A DNA stretch of 64,000 nt, taken from positions 28,575,821 to 28,639,820 of the forward strand of contig NC_092379.1 in NCBI RefSeq assembly GCF_030028105.1. The letters are read 5' to 3'. The position numbers and the translations under genes were made by a program. Each line of letters opens with the position of its first letter. Position 1 is the first letter of the stretch. Source of the stretch: Mobula birostris (Eukaryota). Below are positions 38,307 through 51,755 of this stretch, one piece after another. Under the pieces are notes generated by a model, which worked only from the letters and a program-made list of their open reading frames with translations, searched no databases and was not told the DNA's origin.

Positions 38307-38720
38307 GTACTCACTGCACAGAGATACCTGCCAGAGTCTGACACTAGAGCTGTATGGATGTTTAACTGAGCTTCTTCCTGACCTGCAAACTACCGGTAAA
38401 CCGGTTCATTCGATTCATTCCTCCAGTGCTAGATACCTTCAGCAAATAATTTGGAGTTTCTCCACTACGTTGAATGTACCAACAAATATGAATTATCGTA
38501 AGTGTAATGACAGTTCAGTGTTATCATCGGTCCTTACTTGGCTGTTAAGTCGAGCGGATCCTGCGTCACTGAATCTTTCCCACTCGCTCCTGCAATAAAG
38601 GACAGAATACATCAACAACGCCGGCTTGTATTGAACGCCGGGGAAAATCGCTGGCCACCTTCACAGACACTCACCAGGCAGCACAGCCAATGCAATCATT
38701 AATAAACAGAGGTAAATCAT
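38307..38720 (-). pseudogene. TCR V pseudogene, family A
   Basis: Intact leader 38720-38675. The exon 38589-38307 has TAA (AK*), a frameshift at Trp41 and deletions, and ends SDSGRYLCAVS. Heptamer TACACTG and a decayed nonamer. Confidence 0.92.
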
Positions 38721-38934
38721 GGTGTCTAATTTCTGGCTGAATCGAACGGCAGATGCCTTTCAGGACGTAATTATCACGCAATAGATCTTGTGGTGTGAGG
38801 TTTTTTCAGCGATACCTTTCACCTCATGTAAGAGCGGGTGCGTTTACTGATTAAAGTACTGGCTGACACAACGTGGCACCAGTCAGGGCCTGCGTTGTTT
38901 CTTACGTCATTCGGTCTTGTTCTCAGCTCTTTCA

Positions 38935-38974
<40 letters not shown>

Positions 38975-39713
38975 GTGCCTCAGTTACCCTGTTCTCTGCA
39001 TAATCACAATATATTCAAAAACTGATCTCCGTGTAATCCTACCCAATTAATTATTTTTCACATGATGGTTTCTTCAACTCGACAGTATACCGCTGGAAGT
39101 AATTCAATTATTTGTTTGTTTGTTCAGTTGGTTATTTGGTGATGTATCCCACAATAGTCCGTTAGGTCAACTTTTTTTCAATTTTCCGGCATTGAAATAG
39201 TTTTTTCAATGTCGGCAAGTGTTCATCTAGTCTTTGTTTGCTGTTGCAGAGCCAATCTGCTATGTAAGCCAATAGATTCCTGAATGCACACTCTGTGTTG
39301 CCAGTAAATTCTCTCTTTCTTACTCCGGACATTGATTCATATTCTTTCGATTTATCTACATGTTTGAACAATCTAACAACTCACTCTCGCATTCTTTGCC
39401 ATTCTGCCCCTGCTCTATTCTTTTTTTACTCCAGGCTAACCAGCGTATCCGCGACGATTCCTCCGAGTTATCCCTAAAATTATGGCTTTTCGCTGTTGCT
39501 GCCTTCTGACTGATTATTAGCCTTTTAACTTATTGCCTGAACACCTTTCAATCTTCCAGGTCTCCGTTGGATATTTCTTATCAATAGCACATCAAATATT
39601 TATTCCCATCGACGAGCTGGGATTAGATGTTTAGCAGAAATGGAAGGCACCGTTAGAGCAGGCAAACATTGCAAAAAATGTGTCCAGATCCTGTATCGCC
39701 GTGGAGCGTTGAG

Positions 39714-40099
39714 CGCTGAACTACGCAAAGCTATTCAGTGGAGTCCGGCAGGATGCCCCGGAACTTATTTAACCGGAATATCTTTGCCCAGAGTCCCGAA
39801 ATATTACTGGACTGTCTTCCCGAAGAAAAATAATTTCATCAGTTTTCCAGAACACTGAACGCACAACAAATAGGTTCTGCCAAATTCCGAGTAACTGCAG
39901 CTCAGTGACACCGTTTGGCCTTCCATGGTCATTAAATCTCTCCTCCTGAGGTTCACAAAATCTCTCCCACTCGTCCCTGTATCAAGCCCCGAAGGTGTTA
40001 GGGGCGCCGGAATGCAGTGACCCTGCAGGGCACGCTCTGACGAATTCGGCAGATTCACTAAGCAGAGTAGTAAATACATAGAACCTCGCATGGGAACAT
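39714..40099 (-). pseudogene. TCR V pseudogene, family D
   Basis: The exon from 39976 reads GTSGRDFVNLRRRDLMTMEGQTVSLSCSYSEFGRTYLLCVQCSGKLMKLFFFGKTVQ* (W41C) and ends PDSTE*LC. Decayed 23-RSS at 39713-39675. Confidence 0.8.
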
Positions 40100-42537
40100 G
40101 TTAATTTGAATAAAATAAACAGAGGAAGATTTGAAGATGTTACTCCGATAAAACAAAACTGATTCAAGTAAATACAACAAGAGACTTTCCGGGAGACAAG
40201 CCGTTTTTTGTTTCGATGTATATTCGTCTTTCTTTTTTTAAATTTGAGGATTATACCAATGATAGGGATGTGACTGGCGTTAATTGACTCCTCCTCTATC
40301 TCCCTCTCTCTCTCTCCCTCCCTCCCAGCCTCTCACTCTCTCTCTCTCTATCTCTGTCTCTTCCTGTCTCTCTTTTACTATGTTCCTCTGGGGGAGTTTG
40401 AAGTCGATTACCAATCAGAAACATTGGAATTAAAATAATGCTTGACTGTAACGTCGAAACAGCGACTGCTGTCTCCTCTCCCGCTTTCGAACAAGCCTTA
40501 TCAGACTCTCCCTTGTTAGTGTGAGAGAGCGAATGCCTGTGACACGACGAAATGTTGCAGTAAACAGCTTTTTTTTCTTGTACTGAAGGCCAAGCCTCTC
40601 CTTTTACCTTTGTCGTGACTTCAACGGTGGTTGATGGTGGAAATGGTCATGCTTTATGAAACAGTGAGTGAGAGAAGTAGAGATGGGTTAGGTTAATGCT
40701 GCTTGCCGCTGATTTTGCGGAGATGTGGCAGTGAGAGTTCATGTTCTTACCTTTCTTCTGACATTGATGCTTTGAGCTGTTGTTCTGTATTAAGGATATC
40801 TGAGGAAACTATCAATTTCAGGTTGTGTATTGTGTCCATTCTCTGATTTTAAAAGTAACTGTTGAAGCATGCGTGACATTCTTTTCGCAGTACTCTGTTA
40901 TATCTAACAACAGCAAAATATATATTATAGACGTAAAACAGTTTGGTGTAACCGTAAGCGTCTGCAAAGTGAAGGAATACATCAGGCCGCCTTTCATTAG
41001 TTCAAAACATATCGGTTGAGCGGGTAAGTGGCAGTAGTTGTGTACTGCAGAGCGCCTATCGTGGTACCCTGCTGATATCTGGTGTTATTTCACGAACGAT
41101 CCGGTTGGATTCCGACAATTTCGATGCTGTCACCAAATACTTCTGTGCCCAGTTTCCACGTTTTGTGCGTTACCAAGTATTACACTGCCCGCAAAAGACG
41201 TTCTGGGCAGCATGCGCCCGTGATCGGAGGACCACTGAGTGTGTACGTAAAAAAGAATGTGCGACAATTGGGCCGATAAATCAGTTGAACATCAGACCAT
41301 AAGAATCGAGGAACGGAATTAGGCCACTTGACCTATCGAGTCTGCTCCAACATTTCAGATGCGACAGTGTGGTAATGGAATTCTTCGACTCAGTAAACAT
41401 ATAATTAAAATAATAGGTTCAAAAAGTCGAAATATACCTTTGGAAATAGAAGATATCACTCCGTGCTACCTTGCTAGTACCGGGACGTTCCCTCTTTTTG
41501 TCTCTTCGATCGTGAGGTGATTCAAAGTTCTAAAAGCAGCAATAGATTATTTCCTTTGCAAGAGTACTGAACGGTAGGATGAAATTGAATCTCAATCCCA
41601 TCCACCCCGGTATGACATTGCTCTTTAATTCCTGTCTGCGCTGCATTTTATACGGCTCTTACAATTTATTTTGGATTTATTTTAGTGTTTATGTTTGTGC
41701 TACCTCCACAAGGGATGTATTGAATTCATCTGTAAAAACCGAATCAAGGCAATCAGGTGGCAATAATAAATAAATTCCTATCCAATTTACATATGCAGTG
41801 AACTTCACGTGGCGATAACATTAGATCAGTTAAATCTGTTTGGGAAACCAGATAAGACAAGCAATCACCCTGTTGTGATCCCATTCCCTCTGTCCTCTCT
41901 CGCTCTCTTTTACACTGAAAGTTCCTTCAAAAATATGAATCTCGGAGTAGTATGGGAACACGTATATTTAGTTTAATCATAAATTCACTTTAAGTATTGG
42001 ACCTCTTTCTCACATCAACGACCAAAATAGTATCTGCATTCTCTATCACGCTAAGCATCCGCAGGTTGTGTCGCAAATCTAACTTCTCAAAATAAACAGT
42101 AAGTAGTTTTTCCAACATCCTGAATTTTATTAACGTGCCACTTGCAATTCTTCATCAATCGGAAAACCACAAATTTTCACACCATCTGGTGTCCTTTAGT
42201 CAGCCATTGTGTCATTTAAATATATCCCGAATCCACTCCGTTCTCATTATTTCTCACTGCTGACACGCAAACAAAGGGCCATAAGACAATGTCAGACAAG
42301 GGTCTCAATGGGGATATGCCGTTGCAGCAACAGAGCGTGGGTGAATGCACATTCCGATATCCCGGAAAGTTGTGTAGTTCCAGTTTGGGTCCGCAGTTGT
42401 AATCAGCAACAGTTCCTTTGATTCGCCGTCTTGTGCTCTTAGGTAGGATACGTGATGTTGGCTGATGGGTGCGCCCCTTCGAGTTTCGTCGCAAAACGAC
42501 GCCCTCCAGTGAAAGCTTTTAGCATCATTCAGGACCC

Positions 42538-42576
42538 AGTTTTTGTTTGGACCCGCCGTCACCGTACAACAGTGTG
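42538..42576 (-). other. 23-RSS
   Basis: CACACTG (42576-42570), 23-bp spacer, ACAAAAACT (42546-42538). Confidence 0.94.
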
Positions 42577-43008
42577 GTGCTCATTGCACAGAGATACATG
42601 CCAGAGTCCGACACAAGAGCTTCACTGATATTCAACTGAGCCGTCTTGCTGGCTTTCTGCAAACTAGCGGTAAACCTCACTGGGCAATCCTGATGCCTCT
42701 CCATTCCTCCAATGTTATATAACTTCAACAAATAATTTGGATGTCTTCCGCTATGTTGAATGTACCAAAAAATATTTGCACTAGCGTAAGTGTATTTACA
42801 GTTAAGTGTTATATTCTGTCCTTCTTCGGCCGTTAAGTCCGGAGGATCCTGCGTCACTGACACTTTTCCACTTGCTCCTGCAATAAAGAACAGAATACAT
42901 CGACATCACTGGCTTGTATTGAACGCCAGGGAAATTCGTTGGCCAGTTTCGCAGATACTCACCAGGCAGCACAGTCAATCCAATGAATAATAAACAGATG
43001 GAAAACAT
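42577..43008 (-). CDS. TRAV: TCR alpha/delta V gene segment, apparently functional (family A)
   Basis: Leader 43008-42963 MFSICLLFIGLTVLP, intron 42962-42878, open exon 42877-42577: GASGKVSVTQDPPDLTAEEGQNITLNCKYTYASANIFWYIQHSGRHPNYLLKLYNIGGMERHQDCPVRFTASLQKASKTAQLNISEALVSDSGMYLCAMS. Followed by a 23-RSS. Confidence 0.93.
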
Positions 43009-44717
43009 GGTGTCTAATTTCTGGCTGAAGCGATCGGAGATTCCTTCCAGGACGTAATTATCACTTAATAGATATTGTGGTGTGAGATCGTTTCATCAAT
43101 ACCTTTCACCTATTGTAAGGGCAGGGGCGTTTCCCTGGTTAAAGGATTTGCTGACGCAATGAACCGAGCCTTTCTGAGCACCAATCGGCATTTGCTCTGC
43201 TTCGATTCGACATTCTGCCTGTTTCTTCGCTCTTTCAACGTCCCGCATCTCCCTCTCTCTCTCTCTCGCTCGCTCTCTTTGTCGTCTCTCTGTCTTTCCC
43301 AGCGTGCCCTGCTCCCTCGATTTCCCAGTTCTCTGCATTTTCCGGACACATACTTATCAATGTATAATTTATCACAAGACTTTTCACGATGTCGCTTCTT
43401 CAACATCAGCTAAGTCTGAGTTTTGCGACGAAACTCGCAGGGACGCAGCCATCAGCCATGGTGACGTATCCTACCTAAGAGCGCTGTAATCAGCAGACTA
43501 AATTTCAGTCTCCCGGCATGGAACTAGTTTTTTTCAAGTGTCTGCCATATTTATTCGCTAAGGTTTGTATTCTGTGAGAGAGGCATCTCCTATCCACGCC
43601 AATAGACTCCTAGCAGCACACTCTGTGCAGCCAACACATTCTTCGTTAAAAAATACTCACTTCTGGCACACCTTGTAATTTCTTCCAATCGTCTTAAAAT
43701 GTCGTCCTCTTGCAGAAACCATTTCCACCCATAGGTCAAGGTGTGAGTTGTCCACTTTATCTCTGTCTCCTATCGTATCATACACACCTAAAAAGCTACC
43801 CTCATCTTCTAAATTTTCAAAAAGAAAGGTCTTTGCTCGAAGAAACTAAAATGTCCCGTGGAATATAAATGCGGTTGGGTTGCAAATGTGTAAATGTAGT
43901 TCAGCAGTACGACGTGTTCTATCTTAACCGTCGATGCAGAGAGATAAATCTCTCCCCTACGAGACAACAACTATTTGTGCAAAGATTGACCGGGAAGCAT
44001 ACTCAGTAAGGATCAAGGAAGCACATGGTGTCTGATCTCAGGCACGATCTAATGCCAGATTACATTTAATAAGCTAATACGACAGATTTGTGAGAATGAT
44101 GTCAGATATGCTGCACCTTTCACTTCGTTTGAAACTTGCGGAAATTGCTCTGCTAATTGGGAGCTGAACCATGGAAGTCAGAGCTGAGTCTATTTAGACG
44201 CTTTCTGAATGGAAACACAACGTTCTCCGTTCCAAAAACTTCCGCTCTAATTTTATTCTATTTGTCGCTCTCACCCCTCCCTCTTTCGTTCCACTTTGAC
44301 TGACACTTCATTTCTAGCAAAGCATCTCCTTCTCTATTCCCTCTTTCGATAACTTACTATATTTCCGTCGCTGAATCGCTCAATCGCTCTCTGTCTGCCA
44401 CTGTACTCCGATCTAGTCGATTTTTGTTGACCCCAAGCCCCTAACGCCCATCTCTCTCTCCACAAGATATTGTTAACCACAAGATATTGTGATAGGCAAC
44501 AGAAAGAAACATGGACACCGATATATAGTGGAAATGCTTCGGAAAGCTGCCGCAATATCCTTAGTTAAACAGGAATTCAAGAAGTGTTCCTCAATGTTGT
44601 GCGCATTTTGATGCTGAGTGCAGCGTTTTAAGTTGATCACGTGATCTTCATACTTTGTGCGTCTCGCTGTACCAGATTCCTAGCAAAGGCACCCTGTAGT
44701 GATCACGCAAGCCTGGA

Positions 44718-45343
44718 CTCAGAACACGCTGGAGGAACTCAGTGAGTCGGGCAGCATCCGTGGAAAAGATCGGTCGACGTTTCGGGCCAGAACCCTTCGT
44801 CAGGACTGTAGAGGGAAGGAGCAGAAGACCTATAAAGAAGCTGGGGGACCGGTGGAAAGGAGAAGGCTGGTAGGTTCCAGGTAAAAAAACAGTAAGGGGA
44901 AAGGTAAAGGAGTGGGGAGGGGAGGCAGGGAAGTGATAGACAGGAAAGTTGAAGAAAGAATAGAGGAAAAAACAATGAGTAGTAGAAGGAGGCAGAACCA
45001 TGAGGGAGGTGATAGGCAGCTGCGGGAGGGGGCAGAGTGACATAGGGATAGGGGAAGGAAGGGTGAGGGAATTACCGGCAGTTGGAGAATTCTATGTTCA
45101 TACCAAAGGGCTAGAGGCTACCTAGACGGTATACGAGGTGTTGCTTCTCCAATCTGAGTTGAGCCAGATGAGGTTAAGCTCAGGTTGGAGGAAAAACACA
45201 TCATATACCGTCTAGGTAGTCTCCAGCATCTTGGTTCGAAATGTTGACCGATCTTTTCCGCAGATGCTGCCCGACCTGCTGAGTTCCTCCAGCGTGTTGC
45301 AAGTGTCGCTTTGACCCCAGAATCTGCAGATTATTTTGTATTT
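44718..45343. mobile_element. Penelope-derived element with inverted arms and a 13-bp target-site duplication
   Basis: ACGCAAGCCTGGA is duplicated at 44705-44717 and 45344-45356. The left arm (minus) and right arm (plus) are inverted pseudo-LTR pieces. Confidence 0.85.
44771..44808 (-). ncRNA. Minimal type I hammerhead ribozyme motif
   Basis: The minus strand reads cagtc-CTGACGA-agggttctggccc-GAAAC-GTC-gaccg: intact core, short stem I (gtc/gac) and a palindromic ACGT stem III. Confidence 0.65.
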
Positions 45344-45392
45344 ACGCAAGCCTGGATTTTCCCGACCCGAAGTCTCCCTGCTCATCCTGAAG

Positions 45393-45821
45393 GATCCATT
45401 GCGCACTGGTATACGCCAGAGTTTGGCACAGGAACTCCAGTGATATTTAAATAGCTGACTCTTCCTTTGTGTACATCAGCTTTGAAACTCACCAAACATT
45501 CTGGAGGCCGCTCCAGCTTTGCTGAGCCATATACTTTCAGCAGTAATTTTTCGAGATTTGCTACGATACGGAGTGTATCAATAATGTTTGCATTAGTTTG
45601 TGTGTAATTGCAATTCAGTGTGATGATCTGACTTCCGTCAGCCGTTAATTTAGGAGCATCCTAGATCACTGAATCATTTTTCTCTCGTTCCTGCATTAAA
45701 AGACAGAATGCAGTAATATTACTGACTTGCACTGAACTCATATTTCACTCCTTGGTCATATATAGAGCGTCTTATCTGTCAAGATGGCAAATATAATCAA
45801 TGACGAACAGAGGGAACACAT
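45393..45821 (-). pseudogene. TCR V pseudogene, family B
   Basis: Leader 45821-45776 MCSLCSSLIIFAILT with the donor changed to AT. The exon from 45690 has a frameshift and SVI*, lacks Trp41, and ends PPECLVSF...PNSGVYQCAMD. Decayed 23-RSS at 45392-45354. Confidence 0.9.
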
Positions 45822-46821
45822 ACTTCTGGCTTCTCCCTCGATAGGACGGCAGATAACTTCCAAGAAGTTATCACTATGACAGGCATTGGAGAGTAAAATC
45901 GTGTTAAAAGTAGACTTCACAGTGCCCCACTAAACTATTGGTAGATAAAATGGAACAGGAAACTGAATCTGATTTCGTTGAATTCCCCCTCCCTCCGCCA
46001 TTTTCCCTCAGTATAAACCTTTCTCACAGCTTCATTCCCTCTACCTCCTCTCTCTGTCCACACTGTCTCTCTCCATCTATCTACTTATTTATCTTTCTTT
46101 CTTTCTCTCTGTCTCTCTTTCTCGTGCTCTCCCTACATTTCGCTCTCCTTCCGAAAAAATATTTTTTTAATTTATCTTCCTCTTTTGTTCGCTCTAAGAA
46201 CTCTCTCGCACTTTGTTTGCTATTCTGTCCCTGCTCGCTCGATTCTCACACCATGCTAACCAGCGTATCACTAAGTCATACGCAAAATTATGAAATCCCA
46301 CTGGTCATGTTACCTATCATGAGTCTTATAAGTTATTGACGAAATACCTATTAATCTACCAGCATCCCTTTCGATATTGCTGGTCAAAGGCACAACAAAT
46401 ATTTATTCCCTTTTTTTTCCATAAGTGAAACAAACTCCTATTCATGACAATAGATTCAACTGAAAATTTATTTCTGTTGTTGCCTTCTGTCTCACGTCTT
46501 CGTGGCTCCTTTCTCAGAATGTAAAGAGCCTGTATGTAAGGAAATCTTTAGATGTGTTCAAACTCGTGACAGACTGTTGCAGACAACCGATGGATATGGA
46601 TATCAGTTGCCTCGAAACTCTTCAAGTTCCTATTTGTACCTACAAACTGAATTGAAGTCCGGAAGCCTGCGATGCCAAGTGCTACCAGATTAAGAAAACC
46701 AGCTGAATTACGTTTGTCATTGCTTCCATTCTTCTTTCTGTTAAAACTCGCCCGCTATTTTGCGCTCCTTACAACAGTTAGGCGCTGTGTTTTCCGTATC
46801 CATTATCTCCCTTCAACTGTG

Positions 46822-46925
46822 CGTGCTGCATGGCAGAAAGATAAAAGGAAGAGTCCGAAGCAAGATCCTCGGTGATGATTCATTGAACCGTCTTCCTTCA
46901 TTTTGCAAAGAAGTAGTAAACAGCG
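46822..46925 (-). pseudogene. Orphan 3' V fragment (family E)
   Basis: Reads ITEDLASDSSFYLSAMQH followed by heptamer-like CACAGTT (46821-46815). Paralog of 14001-14105. Confidence 0.7.
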
Positions 46926-47929
46926 ATTAACTGCGAGTGGGGTACGGAAAAGAAACAGAGATGATGCTATGACTACAGTCCCCTCAGTGTCAGCAAAACA
47001 AATGAACTGGTATTGACTTCAAAAGTGAGGGGGAAAGCGAGCATCAACAATAGTTCTTTCAGGATCAGCACGTAAACACCATGGCCAGGAAAGCTCAAAC
47101 ACGCCATTAAGTTCTCAGTAGGCAAAATAAAATTGGCATGCTTCCATCGACCCTGTCCATTTCTTTGATGAACCCTATAGAAAGCATTATTTCCAGATGT
47201 TTAATGGCTTGGAATGGTAAATGTTCTGCACGTGACTGCAATGAATTGCGCAAAGTTATAGACACAAATTAGCTCATCACTGATGGAACAGGAATTCTAC
47301 CTGCATTCTTGCTGAATCAGTGAAACACCCAGCATGATAAAAATCTTACCCATTCCAGGCATTCGTTCATTCTCCCCTCCGATCGGGCAACAGATATAAA
47401 AGCATTAGGGTGACCATCTAAAATGGTATGAAAAGAAAAATGCGTAGCTCCCCTGTGAGAGAAGTTGAACACTTGAACTCACAACAAAATCGGGATGACC
47501 TTGCAACATTTCGCCACCTTGCACAACATTTTCTTTGCATCTGCTTAACTGTATTGCCAACTCTGTTGTTAACTCAGCTTGTACAACCGCAAATCCCAAT
47601 GCAATGACTTTATCCTTTTAAGGATATGCAAGACAGTGTTTTCACTGTACCCCGGTAGATAAATCAATACCTAACGAAAATCTAGCTTGGTCAGTCTGTG
47701 TGAGAAAATGGGGTGACGCAACAATTCAGGCCGTCATTATTAAAAGCGTAGGGTAGGAGGATAGCGAAAAAAAACGTGGCCGTGGTCGATTTCGGATGTA
47801 TGTTCTATTTGGTGCCGTGGTAGAGGCTGCATAGTGATATCTCCAGGAATCCTGTTTCAATTCGACCACCCATCTTGCCTGAAGTATGTGTGCAGCTGCC
47901 CATGTGTCTTGTTTTCTCCGGAGTCCCAA

Positions 47930-49640
47930 AGACTATATGACCATCAGATATAGGAGCAGAAGTAGGCAATTCGGCCAGTCAAGTCTGCCCCGCCATTCAA
48001 TCATGGGTGTCTCTAATTCTTCCAGTCATCCCCACTCCCCTGATTCTCTACATACCCATTGATAGCTCGGCTAATCAAGAACTTACCTCTCTACCTTAAA
48101 TGTACCAGTGACTTGGCCTCCACAGCCGTTCGTTGCAACACACTCCGGAGATTTATCACACTCCGACTAAAGTAACGTCTCCGCATCTCTGTTCTAAATC
48201 GACTTCCTGCAATCCTGAACTCGTCTCCTCTTATCCTAGACACCCCTACCATGGGAAATAACTTTGTCATATCTAATCTCTTCAGGCCTTTTAACATTCG
48301 AAATGTTTCTATGAGATCCCCTGTCATACTCCTGAACTCCAGGAATTGCAGCCCAAGGGCTGTCAGACGTTCGTCATACGGTAATCCCTTAATTTCTGTA
48401 ACCAATCTCGTGAATCGGCTCTGAACCTTCCCCAATGTCACTGTATATTTTCTAAAGTAGAGATCCCAAAGGTGCAGGCAAAGTGTTGTGCTTTAAGGAA
48501 CCTGAACGTCACATCTCTGCTCTTATATTCTATACCTCTACAAATGAATGCCAACATTGCATTTGCCTTCTGCACTACGGACACAACCTGTAGGTCATCG
48601 TGAACAAGGACTCCGAATTCCATTTGCATCACTGCATTTTGAATTCTCTCCCAATCGCAATAATATTCTGCAAGTTTATTTCTTCCACCAAAGTGCATGA
48701 CCATCCATGTTCCAACACTGTATTTTTCATTTGCCACTTATTTGCCCCTTTCGCTGATCTATCTGAGTCTGCAGACTCTCTGTTTCCTCAACAGTCCCTG
48801 CTCCTCAACCTATTTTTGTATGATGGGCAAATTTACCAACAAATTCATTAATCACATAGCCCAAATCATTGGCTTACATCATAGAAAGCAGCGGTCCCAA
48901 CACCGACACCTGTGGAACTCAACTGGTAACCGGCAGCCAGCCAGAATAGGATCTCTTTATTCCCACTCTCTGTTTTTTTTTGTTTTGTTGATGTTCTTTT
49001 TTTGGCAGACCAGCCACTGCTCCACGCACTCTAGCCACTTCCCTGTAATTCCAAGGACTCTTATCTTGCTGAATAGCCTCGTGTGAGGTGCCTTATCAAA
49101 CACCTTCTGAAAATCCAAGTACAGCACATTTACTGAAACTTCTTTGTCTATCGTGCATGCAATTTGAAACAAAGTTGTTGTAGGTTAGTGGGAAAGGATT
49201 TTCCTTTCAGGAAACCATGCTGGCCCTGGCCTATAATATCATGTTCCGTCAAGGTATTCCGTAATCTCATCCCTAACAATCGATTCCAACAACTTCCCAA
49301 CTACTGATGTCAGGCTAACAGGTCCCTTTCTGCTGCCACCCACTCTCCTTAAATAGCGGAGTAACATTTGCAATTTTCCAGTCATCTGATAGAATGCCAA
49401 ATACTATGAATTGATGAACGATCATTGTTAATCCCTCCACAACCTCTGCAACAACTTCCTTCATAACGCAAGTGTGCATTCCAACAGGTCCAGGAGATTT
49501 ATACAACATCGGACCATTAAGCTTCCTGAGTACCTTCTCAGTCGTAGTTTTCACTGCACGTACTCTACTTTCCTGTCCGGGATACTGCAGATGTCTTCCA
49601 ATGTGATGACTGATGCAAAATCCACATTCAGTTCCTCTGC
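47930..49640 (-). mobile_element. CR1 LINE ORF2 remnant
   Basis: RT pieces KSPGPVGMH..MKEV, DDWKIANVTPLFKE, VLYLDFQKVFDKAPHTRL, KVQSRFTRLV and GDLIETFRML. Confidence 0.9.
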
Positions 49641-51342
49641 AAGTTAGTCGCACTGGTTCCTAGCTGGTCATGATTACAAGAGAGATCTGGATGAAAACAC
49701 TGGAAAGTTCGTGACAGGGAAATAGGCTGGGCGGTGTAAAAAGACGGCAAACATAAAATAAAAATAAGGATTGTTGAAAAAAAAATGAGAAAAGTTTTGC
49801 AACGATGCTTAAAATTTGTGCAATCCTTCGGCAGGAAACCGGGTGTATTTGCCGCGCCCTCTCCCAGCAATCAGAAGATACAAAAGCCTGAAACAACGTA
49901 GAATAGCATGAAGAATATCTTCCAGCTTGGTCGTATGACAGTATTGATGGGATGAAATATTGATCCACACCATCGTCTTCCTTGTTATGTCTTTACGCTT
50001 TATAGTCTCTCTGCTCTACATTTTTTTCGGAAGATGTTGCACTTTAATTTGCTTCCTGGTATTGTTTAGCTTTTTCAACCACGTTGCCCTGTGTAATAAA
50101 TCAATGGGAATGAACAAGACATTTCAAGACATTATTTCCCTGCATCTCATAATACGTGGGAATAATAAAGCAATTCCAATTCCATCTACGGTCAACATCG
50201 GATCCGTTATACCAAGCTGACAGATTAAGCTCTAATGAATTTGGCACTCTTTTTAAAATCTGTTTCTGTCAACCCTTCTTCTCTCTCCTTTTCCCTCCCC
50301 CTCTCTCTCTTTCTGTCTCTTTATCGCTCGCTCTCTCTTTTTTTATTTTTTCCCTTTCACTGCCTCATTCTTTCCTCATTCCGTTCCTACCTTCACTGGG
50401 AATTCTTCAATGAAGGGTAGCAAATTTGTCAAAAACAAGTCCAGCAAAATTATCAACTCTGATATGATGTTGAGTGCAAAAGAGCTATGACAAGAACATC
50501 AAATTGCACTGGACGTTCATTATGAAAATCACATTTGTATCTCTGTGCACGCATTGATTTCGAGATTTGTTCCTCAGTCTTGAGCAGATGTTGCTCCTAA
50601 TCGTGGCTCCATTAAGTCTCCAGAGATCTCTTTCCTTCCCACTTCTTCTTTCCTCACGTGCATTTTTCTCTCTTCCCCGCTTTATCCATCCCTGTGTCTT
50701 GTTTCTCCTTCACCACTCTCTTCCCAGCTAGTCTTTCACTCCATATCAATCCAAGTTCCCTCCTTTACCCACTCCAGCCCTTCCCGCTCCCTGGCTCTTT
50801 CTCCGACCTCTCTCTCTCTCTCCTCCGACATCTCCTTGCGCTATCTTCTACTTCCCTCTGTTTGGCATCATTTTTCTCGCTCTCGCTCTGTGTCGCTCTC
50901 GTTCATTTATTTACTTTCTATCGCCCTTCACCATATTTCGCTCTCCATATTTCTTTGGCTATCTTGCTTTTTCGTTTCTCAAGCATTTTTTCTCGAAATC
51001 CTTCTGTCCGCTCCTCAGACACAACACACTGTTTACATTCATCCTCATCTTACTCCGGCTTACTCTATTGCACATCTGAACCCATACATAAGGGCCATGA
51101 CACTGACAATAGAGAGAAAGAGAGCAGAATTTGCTCGGAGGAGGGGTGGTAGTGCTTTGCAGAGTGTATCCCCCGTCGCTGAAGCCTTGACCAGCCTCTC
51201 CGGGTGGAGAATGCGATGACGTCTTCGCCCCATGGACGAGCTTGATTTGAATGTTGAGGGAACACCGAAGGCACCCGTTAGAGCAAGCAAACACTAACAA
51301 CTCTGTGGCATCCGGTTCCTGTATTAATGTGGAACGTTAAGT

Positions 51343-51755
51343 ACGGAATTGCGCAATGCTATCCGGTGAGGCCAGCAGAATCCTCCCGAACATATTTAAG
51401 CGGAACACCTGCCATTTTTGTACAGAGACCCGAAGTCCTGACCGATCTGTCTTCGCCTAGAACTATATCTCCAGTCATGAATGTTTTCATAGTTTTTACA
51501 GAATATTGAACTCCGCCAGATTGCAAGTTACTGCAGCGCAGTGACAGGGTCTGCCTTCCCAAGGTCATTAAATCCCTCCTATTGGTGTTACAAAATCTGC
51601 ATCACTCGACCCTGTTACAAACCTCAAATATTTGAGCGGCGCCGGAACGCACTGACCCTGCAGGACACGCTCCAACAGAATAGACAGATTCAACAGGTAG
51701 AAAAACCGATAAAAAAGAACATCCATGGGGTAGTTGTATCGACAACATCGTACAT
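51343..51755 (-). pseudogene. TCR V pseudogene, family D
   Basis: Donor changed to TT, exon from 51611 frameshifted. Contains GRQTLSLRCSN and ends ..G*HCAIP. Intron and flanks align with the other D copies. Confidence 0.72.

Noticed and set aside
8796-43008. Possibility that these are NAR-TCR supporting Vdelta, IgNAR-like or IgH-like (TAILV) segments
   Set aside because: Each has its own leader exon, there is no CDR1 cysteine, and the WYIQ...YLCAMS pattern is TCR alpha/delta-like rather than IgH-like.
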